From IMG/VR virus record IMGVR_UViG_3300012953_000018: DNA of 54,567 nt. One strand, given 5' to 3'. Below, piece by piece: positions 47,802-54,567 of the stretch; the first letter of the stretch is position 1, and every line of letters begins with the position of its first letter. The notes beneath the pieces are model-generated. The model had not been told where the DNA came from. It ran no database searches and was given only the letters and a program-made list of their open reading frames with translations. A program made the position numbers and the translations under genes. Origin of the DNA: an uncultured virus (IMG/VR IMGVR_UViG_3300012953_000018) (taxonomy: Duplodnaviria; Heunggongvirae; Uroviricota; Caudoviricetes).

Positions 47802-48456
47802 TACAGATACGAGGAATGTCTTAAAAAATTTCTCAACTATTAACTCAGGTATTAGAGTTAAGAGTGGTAACAAGTTGGAGACTATCTCTAACATGAAAAA
47901 TATTCTTGCAGTGGCAACGGTAGATGAATCGTTCCCTCAAGATTTTAGTATATATAACTTGCCTGAATTTTTGGGTGCAACATCTTTGATGTCTGACCCT
48001 GATTTCCAATTTGGTGATGCAAGTTTAACTGTTGCAGACGACAATTCAAGTCTTGCATATTTCTATGCAAGTGAAGGTATGGTTGTTGCACCTGATAAAA
48101 TGATTACAATGCCTGAGGCAGAAATCAATATTGAGATATCATCAGCACTTCTTTCTGAGTTACAGAAAGCTGCAAGTGTACTTGGAGTGAACGATTTAGT
48201 TCTATCCTCAGATGGTAACACAATCAAACTAGATGTTACTGATAAGAAGAATCCTACATCAAATACATTCTCAAGAATCGTAGGTGAAGGAAATGGTTCT
48301 ACTTATACTATGAACTTCAAAATTGAAAACCTTAAAGTCCTTGATGGGAACTATAGGGTTGCAGTATCATCAAAAGGTATTTCTAACTTTGTCAATACAG
48401 ACATCGATTTAGAATATTTTATTGCATTGGAGCCTGACTCAAATTACAATGCTTAA
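47791..48456 (+). CDS. gp45: Sliding clamp gp45
   Basis: LKNFSTIN.GI, F.IY.L.EFL, F.IENLK...G.Y, YFIALEPDS. Confidence 0.92.
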   Translation: MKISTDTRNVLKNFSTINSGIRVKSGNKLETISNMKNILAVATVDESFPQDFSIYNLPEFLGATSLMSDPDFQFGDASLTVADDNSSLAYFYASEGMVVAPDKMITMPEAEINIEISSALLSELQKAASVLGVNDLVLSSDGNTIKLDVTDKKNPTSNTFSRIVGEGNGSTYTMNFKIENLKVLDGNYRVAVSSKGISNFVNTDIDLEYFIALEPDSNYNA

Positions 48457-48572
48457 CCTATATAATAGTGTAAGTATTGTGCCAGTCTCTGCAATAGTTA
48501 CGGGAGTAATTCAATCTCATCAATCTTCAAGGGTGAATTGCACTGTTAATTCGGAGGGGTTTTAACATCCAT

Positions 48573-49514
48573 ATGAATCAAGAATATTTATTTGTAGAAA
48601 AGTATCGTCCTCAAAACATTGAGGACACCATACTTCCCGCTAGTCTTAAATCCACATTTCAAGAATTCGTAAAACAAGGTGAGATTCCAAATCTCATGTT
48701 ATGTGGTTCTGCTGGTGTGGGTAAGACAACGGTTGCAAAAGCACTCTGTAATGAACTGGGTGCAGACTTTATTGTCATCAATGGTTCTGATGAAGGGAGA
48801 CTCATAGACACTCTCAGGACTAAGATTAAAAACTTTGCATCTACTGTATCATTATCTGATTCACCAAAGGTTGTAATACTGGACGAGGCTGATTACATAT
48901 CTGCTGACTCAGTACAACCAGCTTTGAGAAACTTCATAGAAGAGTTCTCAAGTAACTGTAGATTCATATTCACATGTAACTACAAGAACAGAATCATACC
49001 ACCGCTCCATTCTAGGACAACGGTAATCGATTTCACAATGACACCTGATGAGAGACAAAGACTTGCATCAGTTTTCCTTGCAAGACTCATGGAGATTTGT
49101 GATACTGAGAATATTAAGTATGACCAAAAAGTTTTAGTTGAACTTGTAATCAAGTTCTTCCCCGATTTCAGAAGATGTATTAATGAGGTTCAAAGGTATG
49201 GAGTCTCAGGAGAGATTGATAGTGGATTACTATCTACACTTTCCGAAGAGAAACTTACACCTCTCATTGATATGTTGGCTGATAAGAATTGGAAAGGTAT
49301 GAGAAAATGGGTTGGTAAGAATTCAGATAATGATTTCAATACCCTCTATCGAAAACTTTTCAATGCATTGGAGCTTCGATTGGAACCTCAATCTATTCCA
49401 GCTGCAGTTTTGTTTATCGCTGATTATCAGTACAAGTCTGCTTTTGCTATGGATTCTGAGATTAATTTCGTTGCATGTTTAACTGAAATAATGTCGGAGT
49501 GTAAATTCAAATGA
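48573..49514 (+). CDS. gp44: Clamp loader large subunit gp44
   Basis: EKYRP, GSAGVGKTT, INGSDE, ILDEAD, FPDFRR. Confidence 0.95.
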   Translation: MNQEYLFVEKYRPQNIEDTILPASLKSTFQEFVKQGEIPNLMLCGSAGVGKTTVAKALCNELGADFIVINGSDEGRLIDTLRTKIKNFASTVSLSDSPKVVILDEADYISADSVQPALRNFIEEFSSNCRFIFTCNYKNRIIPPLHSRTTVIDFTMTPDERQRLASVFLARLMEICDTENIKYDQKVLVELVIKFFPDFRRCINEVQRYGVSGEIDSGLLSTLSEEKLTPLIDMLADKNWKGMRKWVGKNSDNDFNTLYRKLFNALELRLEPQSIPAAVLFIADYQYKSAFAMDSEINFVACLTEIMSECKFK

Positions 49515-49783
49515 CACAATATGATGAAACAGTATCGGCACAAAGACTTTTACTAGAAGCAGAAGAATGGTCTAAAAATATCAAGTCGATCCACGGACAT
49601 TCATTAGATTCTATGTGGTACGATACAAGACCACAAGATACTGCAGATGGTCAAACAGTCATGGATGTGCATTACAATAATGGAACCGTAGTCAGGACAC
49701 TGGAAAACGGTCAGATATTTGTGTTCGGTAAGCCACTAAGTGGAGAAGCTTTAGTGGATGCTTACAGAGCAAATACTGCGTAA
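49511..49783 (+). CDS. Hypothetical protein inserted between gp44 and gp62
   Basis: ATGA overlap upstream and TAATG overlap downstream. Confidence 0.6.
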   Translation: MTQYDETVSAQRLLLEAEEWSKNIKSIHGHSLDSMWYDTRPQDTADGQTVMDVHYNNGTVVRTLENGQIFVFGKPLSGEALVDAYRANTA

Positions 49784-50175
49784 TGGCAAAACGAAATCCA
49801 TTCGATTTTGTAAAGTCGGTCTCTTACGACAAAAAAGACCTCATGGTTGATGAGGTCGAAGAGAAAGCATATCAACCATTCCTAATAAACAGAGCATTAT
49901 CCTATCATCAGGATTCTGTTTTTCTTACTAACGAAATGAATGTCAGACATGGAGTAGACAACCGTCTTCAATACATGTTTTTCCTAAATACTCTTAGAAA
50001 ACGACAAAGATTTTCACAATGGCAAAAGCCGTATGTTAGTAAAAAACTTGACACTGTAAAAGAATATTATCAGGTATCTACAAAAGAAGCAAAAGACTAT
50101 GTGGAATTATTGTCTGATAAACAGTTACGAGAATTGAAAAACAGAATGAAAACTGGTGGTAAGGATAATGGATAA
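49783..50175 (+). CDS. gp62: Clamp loader small subunit gp62
   Basis: Y.PFLINRALS...D.V...NEMN, QY.F.LN..RKR.RFS.W.K, VKEYY. Confidence 0.9.
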   Translation: MAKRNPFDFVKSVSYDKKDLMVDEVEEKAYQPFLINRALSYHQDSVFLTNEMNVRHGVDNRLQYMFFLNTLRKRQRFSQWQKPYVSKKLDTVKEYYQVSTKEAKDYVELLSDKQLRELKNRMKTGGKDNG

Positions 50176-50578
50176 CCAAGAAGAAATAATCAAAGACCTT
50201 GTAGAGGTCACCTTCCCTGAAAAAGACGACTTCCTAAAGATACGGGAAACACTCTCACGCATAGGTGTTGCAAGTCGTAGGGAACAAGAACTATTCCAGT
50301 CGTGTCACATACTACATAAGCGTGGTAAGTATTACATCACGCACTTTAAAGAACTATTTAAACTAGATGGTAAACCTTCTAACATCGATGAGTCAGATAT
50401 CGGTAGAAGAAACACTATCGTTGGCCTATTAGAACAGTGGAATCTAGTATCAGTTGTCAACAAACAACAAATAGTTGAACCCAAAGCACCACTCTCACAG
50501 ATAAAAATCATCCCGTTCAAGGAGAAAAACGAGTGGAAATTAACAACAAAATACTCAATCGGCAGTAATAATTCCTAA
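50168..50578 (+). CDS. regA: Translational repressor RegA
   Basis: DDFLKIRETLSRIGVASR, QSCHILHKRGKYYI.HFKELF.LDG, RRNTI..LL..W. Confidence 0.95.
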   Translation: MDNQEEIIKDLVEVTFPEKDDFLKIRETLSRIGVASRREQELFQSCHILHKRGKYYITHFKELFKLDGKPSNIDESDIGRRNTIVGLLEQWNLVSVVNKQQIVEPKAPLSQIKIIPFKEKNEWKLTTKYSIGSNNS

Positions 50579-50620
50579 ATATAACCACGGATACCACTTA
50601 TGGTATTTGGAGGAGAATAT

Positions 50621-50794
50621 ATGCTAGAAGTCCTACAATGGATTATAGGATGGATTCAAGTGATACCTTGGTTAGTTATGGGTGCATCTTTCGTTGCAGC
50701 CTTAACACCTACACCAGTTGATGACGGTCTCGTCAAAAAAGCCTATAAGGTGCTTGACTGGGTTGCATTAAATGTCGGTAAAGCTAAGGACTAA
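50621..50794 (+). CDS. Small membrane protein (holin-like)
   Basis: AS.VAALTPTP.DD....K.YK.LD..ALN motif. GGAGG RBS. Confidence 0.55.
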   Translation: MLEVLQWIIGWIQVIPWLVMGASFVAALTPTPVDDGLVKKAYKVLDWVALNVGKAKD

Positions 50795-50831
50795 ATAAGA
50801 TAGTATAAAACTTATAAGTGAGGAATACATT

Positions 50832-51104
50832 ATGGAAATAATCGCAATAGTAATTGCAGTCGCTTTGATTGGATTATTTGTTTGGAGTTATAGAGATACA
50901 ACTAATAACACTCCGAGTGTCGTAGTCGATACTAAGAGTGAGGTTGTTGCAGATGCAAATGACAATGGTGTTGTCTCTAAAGCTGAGTTAAACAAGTTAA
51001 CCAAAGTACAGCTTTTTGAATATGCAGAGAAAAATTCTTTGAAAGTCAAAAAAAGTGGTACTAAAGCTGCAGTCGTGAATGAAATTTGGTCTCAGTCGAG
51101 ATAA
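50832..51104 (+). CDS. Membrane-anchored protein with EF-hand-like and Rho-N/HeH-like tail
   Basis: N-terminal TM helix, DANDNGVVSKAEL, LTK.QL..YA....LKV....TKA. Confidence 0.55.
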   Translation: MEIIAIVIAVALIGLFVWSYRDTTNNTPSVVVDTKSEVVADANDNGVVSKAELNKLTKVQLFEYAEKNSLKVKKSGTKAAVVNEIWSQSR

Positions 51105-51125
51105 GTCTTATTTACAAGAATAACT

Positions 51126-51151
51126 AAAGGGTGCTACGGCACCCTTTTTTT
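51126..51151 (+). terminator. Rho-independent terminator
   Basis: AAAGGGTGC-TACG-GCACCCTTT followed by a T run. Confidence 0.85.
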
Positions 51152-51185
51152 GGCCCATAGTAAGTTCAAAATCATAAATAATTGC

Positions 51186-51482
51186 ATGGAAGATTTGTTT
51201 ATTTTGATAGGTGAAGTGGGAGCTCCGATTGCTGGTGCAATCGTAATGGGCTTTTTTATATTCATAGTCATAAAACAAATCTTAGAAGGTGTGATAGACG
51301 ATATAAAAACACTAACAATGTTCTGTAAATCATTAGAGAATCGTGCAAGGACGATGACGAATGAACTGGTTAAGATAGACATGTTAGTATCAAGTGCATT
51401 AGAGTTAAGACCTGACATTGAAAGAGTCGCAAGGACAGAGAATTTCATAGAGGATGGTAAGGTCGACGCTAGGAGAGATTGA
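51186..51482 (+). CDS. Small membrane protein of the curli cassette
   Basis: I.EVG.PIAGA..MG.FI TM segment plus coiled coil. CATAAATA upstream. Confidence 0.65.
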   Translation: MEDLFILIGEVGAPIAGAIVMGFFIFIVIKQILEGVIDDIKTLTMFCKSLENRARTMTNELVKIDMLVSSALELRPDIERVARTENFIEDGKVDARRD

Positions 51483-51751
51483 CGGTGTCCGATTTAGCAA
51501 CTCTAATAAATGAGTATGGTTTTCCCATAGTCATGATGGTAGGTCTTGGATATTTCATATACTACATTTGGTGGTTTGTGGGTGAGAAACTTGAACCCGA
51601 AATCGAAAAACAGCACATGGCTTTGATTAGAGTAATCGATCAAGTCCGAATGTTAGACCAAGACCTCATAAGATTACAGCAAAAGGTTGATGTAGTCTTA
51701 GAATATAAGGAAAATGAAAAGAAAAAGAAGGGCAAGGATGAACAATTATAA
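51479..51751 (+). CDS. Small membrane protein of the curli cassette (paralogue of the previous gene)
   Basis: I.EYGFPIV...GLGYFIYYIW TM segment, LIDQVRMLDQDLIRLQQK. TTG start is uncertain. Confidence 0.65.
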   Translation: MTVSDLATLINEYGFPIVMMVGLGYFIYYIWWFVGEKLEPEIEKQHMALIRVIDQVRMLDQDLIRLQQKVDVVLEYKENEKKKKGKDEQL

Positions 51752-52256
51752 GATAACATTTATACTTTTTAGTTTTATAGTCTTACTAGGACTTTCAAGT
51801 ACAGTTCTAGGAGACGAGATAGTACACAAATTTAAAAACCCTAGCTTCTCAGGGATAGGCACTGGAGCTCATTATTTGACAATTGAGAATCAGGAACATA
51901 GCAGAAAGAAATCAATAGAGGATGCTTTGGATGCAGCGAGAAAGGCTGCAGAAAGAGAGGCAGAGAACACCACGCTTGCAAAATTTATTAGAAACTTGGA
52001 GTCGCGTATTTACGCTCAGTTTGCAAAACAGTTAGTAGAATCAATGTTTGCAAATGATAATCCAGTTGGATTTGGTTCATTCATATTAGAAGGTAACACT
52101 ATTACATGGGAAGTTATCACAGATGAATCAGGTGCAGAATTTATTAGATTAACAATCGTTGCTGAGGATGGTTCAGAAACCGTAGTTGAAATACCAGTTG
52201 GTACTGGTAACTTCGGTCAAGACCCTGATACAGGTGGCGGTGATGGAGGCGGTTAA
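51738..52256 (+). CDS. csgF: Curli assembly protein CsgF-like
   Basis: Signal peptide followed by EIVHKFKNPSFSG (CsgF N-terminal F.NP.F.G motif). Adjacent to csgG. Confidence 0.75.
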   Translation: MNNYKITFILFSFIVLLGLSSTVLGDEIVHKFKNPSFSGIGTGAHYLTIENQEHSRKKSIEDALDAARKAAEREAENTTLAKFIRNLESRIYAQFAKQLVESMFANDNPVGFGSFILEGNTITWEVITDESGAEFIRLTIVAEDGSETVVEIPVGTGNFGQDPDTGGGDGGG

Positions 52257-53158
52257 TGTTAAAGGCTATAGGACTTACACTCTTACTTGTTCTGAGTGGA
52301 TGTGCTTCTTTTCCTCAGTGGTCAGATAAACCACAGGATTGTGGAAGATGGGATGATGGTTTCAGTAAAGACCTGTACTCAGGTGTAAAGAAACAACTCT
52401 CACGGAAGTATATTTGTGTAGAGAATCCCGAAGTAGTTAAGTTACCTGCTTACTTAGAATTATTAAATTTACCACCAGCAAAAGACAAACCAGTTGTTGC
52501 AGTCTATAATTTCTTAGACAAAACTGGACAGAGAAAGTCAGTACAAAACATTGCATCTTTCTCTACTGCTGTTACTCAGGGTGCAACCGAAATGGTAATC
52601 GATGCACTTAAGACTGCTGGAGGTGGGACTTGGTTTAGGGTCGTTGAAAGAAACGGTATAGACCACTTAGTCCGAGAAAGGCAAATCATTCGTTCTGCAA
52701 GGTCAGATTTTGCAAAGAAGACTGAACAAACGGATGAAGGCATACAACCCCTGCTCTTCGCTGGAATTTTAATTGAGGGGGGTGTAATTGGTTATGACTC
52801 TAACATCCAAACTGGAGGCCGAGGCGCACGGACTTTAGGAATTGGATTTAGTAAACAGTATCGACAAGATGCTGTCACTATCTCTATGAGAGCTGTATCA
52901 GTTCTTACTGGAGAAGTTTTATTAAATGTCCAAACTCGAAAGACGATATTGAGTTATGGTTCAGGTGGGGATGTCTTCCGATTCATCGAGGAAGGAACTC
53001 AGCTGATTGAAATCGAGGATGGAGTGGGTAATAATGAATCAGTGACTTACGCAACACGGTCAGCAATTGAAGCTGCAGTGTTGGAATTAGTATACCAAGG
53101 ACACGATAGAGGTTTTTGGACAATAAAAGAGGTAAACGAAAATGAAGAAATTAATTAG
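52256..53158 (+). CDS. csgG: Curli secretion channel CsgG (lipoprotein)
   Basis: Lipobox LSGC, VAVY.F.DKTGQRK, STAVTQG, WFRVVER.G...L..ERQIIR, EGG.IGYD.N..TGG.GAR. Confidence 0.92.
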   Translation: MLKAIGLTLLLVLSGCASFPQWSDKPQDCGRWDDGFSKDLYSGVKKQLSRKYICVENPEVVKLPAYLELLNLPPAKDKPVVAVYNFLDKTGQRKSVQNIASFSTAVTQGATEMVIDALKTAGGGTWFRVVERNGIDHLVRERQIIRSARSDFAKKTEQTDEGIQPLLFAGILIEGGVIGYDSNIQTGGRGARTLGIGFSKQYRQDAVTISMRAVSVLTGEVLLNVQTRKTILSYGSGGDVFRFIEEGTQLIEIEDGVGNNESVTYATRSAIEAAVLELVYQGHDRGFWTIKEVNENEEIN

Positions 53159-53885
53159 TTTATGCATTGTTGCATTACTGTCGACAAATATTCTTTTCGC
53201 ACAAGCCACTGATGATAACGAAATTAAGATAACTCAAACTGGTGACACACTGAAATTATACATCGACCAAATAGGTTTTGGTAACAAAATCGGTGGTGAT
53301 GATGCAAGTGGTGGTTCATTGTCTAACATGGCAATAACTGGTTCAGGTTTAGAGTTTGATCTTGACTTTACAGGAAACCAAAATGTTCTGTTTGGCCCAG
53401 TGATATCTGATAACACAGATATAACTTTGAATTTTACTGGAGACTCAAACGAAGTAGATTGGAATCTTGGATACATTGGTAGCACAGATGACTCAAATTA
53501 TAACTTTGCAGTTACAGGTTCAAGTAATACATTTGACCTAGACCAAGGTTATGCTTTTAGTGCAGAGAGATTAGATGCAGACTTGATACTAATCGGTGAC
53601 TCAAATATTTTTGACATCGATTGGGAGAGTGATGATTTAACATGGGATTGGGAAATCACAGGTGATTCTAATAACATTAACACACTACAAAAAGACGGGG
53701 AGCAATCCATGGTCGTAGAGTTAACTGGAGATTCAGCAGATGTTGATATCAATCAGTTATCAGGAACATGTGTTGGTGGAGCTGGAAACAGTTGTTCATC
53801 ACCCGATGCTAATATCGTGTTAGATATTACAAGTGATAATGCAATTATTCAAATCAATCAGAAAGATTCAGCTAACGATAGTTAG
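53142..53885 (+). CDS. Secreted acidic curlin-like beta-repeat protein
   Basis: Signal peptide, DNEI.I.Q.GD, repeated xGDSNx motifs at about 22-24 aa spacing. Confidence 0.65.
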   Translation: MKKLISLCIVALLSTNILFAQATDDNEIKITQTGDTLKLYIDQIGFGNKIGGDDASGGSLSNMAITGSGLEFDLDFTGNQNVLFGPVISDNTDITLNFTGDSNEVDWNLGYIGSTDDSNYNFAVTGSSNTFDLDQGYAFSAERLDADLILIGDSNIFDIDWESDDLTWDWEITGDSNNINTLQKDGEQSMVVELTGDSADVDINQLSGTCVGGAGNSCSSPDANIVLDITSDNAIIQINQKDSANDS

Positions 53886-54567
53886 TCTTTTATTATTCAT
53901 CAGTGGGGTCACATATGCTGACCCCATTGGAGATATAGTAGAGTCTACTGGTATCGGAAAGATAGTCCGTAACAATGAGGAAACAACTCATTCAGTTGGT
54001 TATGGTATAGAATTATATGATGTAGCAGAGACCGTCAATGGTCGAATGAAAATAGAGTTCTTAGATTCAGAAGAACTTGACTTAATAGAACACACCGAAG
54101 TATACATTGATGAAGTATACTATGATCCAAATCCATCCCTATCAAAGATGTCGTTAAGGATGGTACAAGGAACCGCCCGTTTTGCTTCGGGCAAAGGTAA
54201 TAAAATCAAGAAAGCAAACATAGACATCACCACGCCGACAGCACAAATTGCTATCAACGGTACAGATTTCACAACAACAATAGATGAGCTGGGTAGAACA
54301 CTCGTTATTCTGCTACCTGATGAGGATGGAGTTACACCATCAGGGGAGATAGTAGTATCAAATGAGGGTGGAAGTGTCACTCTCAATCAGGCATATCAGG
54401 CAACCATGGTATCTACAATAGAGACACCACCTACAGGTTCAGTAGTAATCAACAACTTAACAACATCCATGATAGACAATATGTTCATCGTATCACCGCC
54501 TACAGAGGTAGCAGAGGCCGTAGAAGAACAGGCAAGAGAAGATATGAACGATGACCAAGGGGTATTA
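53839..54567 (+). CDS. FecR-domain protein, 3'-truncated (absent from the ORF track)
   Basis: Manual translation MQLFKSIRKIQLTIVSLLLFISGVTYADPIG...GTARFASG...ITTPTAQIAINGTDFTTT, open to the window end. TPTA.I...GT.F is the FecR signature. Confidence 0.75.
   Translation, partial: MQLFKSIRKIQLTIVSLLLFISGVTYADPIGDIVESTGIGKIVRNNEETTHSVGYGIELYDVAETVNGRMKIEFLDSEELDLIEHTEVYIDEVYYDPNPSLSKMSLRMVQGTARFASGKGNKIKKANIDITTPTAQIAINGTDFTTTIDELGRTLVILLPDEDGVTPSGEIVVSNEGGSVTLNQAYQATMVSTIETPPTGSVVINNLTTSMIDNMFIVSPPTEVAEAVEEQAREDMNDDQGVL

Noticed and set aside
1454..54386. Numerous minus-strand and alternate-frame ORFs in the ORF track
   Set aside because: They are shadows of well-supported + strand genes, lack RBSs or motifs, and reflect codon bias of the sense strand.
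1..54567. Assignment as a cyanophage or to a specific host
   Set aside because: No photosynthesis or other host-diagnostic genes are in this window. The shared auxiliary genes occur in phages of several marine hosts.

Overview
A 54.6-kb, AT-rich segment of a T4-like myophage genome in which all credible genes lie on the + strand. The gene content (VrlC-like structural protein, CobS/CobT-like pair, peptide deformylase, several 2OG-Fe(II) oxygenases, a glnA-type riboswitch, a curli csgF/csgG cassette) resembles marine/aquatic T4-like phages, but the host cannot be read from this window. Order: fibre/appendage region (1-13.5 kb); glycosyltransferase and oxygenase cluster (13.5-18 kb); neck, terminase, tail and head core gp13-gp23 (18.3-31.6 kb, with a single in-frame TGA in gp23); riboswitch plus small peptide; gp3, uvsY, uvsW, gp55, gp47, gp46; def; tRNA-Arg(UCU); early CobT/CobS block; gp45, gp44, gp62, regA; then a curli-type secretion cassette truncated at the window end. 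The most striking unexplained signal is in the Pro/Gln/Tyr-rich repeat proteins. Their repeat-unit lengths form mirror images and the unit types follow a consistent pairing code. This holds within ORF 4087-5619 and between ORFs 11701-12678 and 12697-13545. It points to long, programmable antiparallel beta-ribbon fibres, encoded next to candidate hydroxylating and glycosylating enzymes. All assignments come from recognising motifs by eye; no searches were run.
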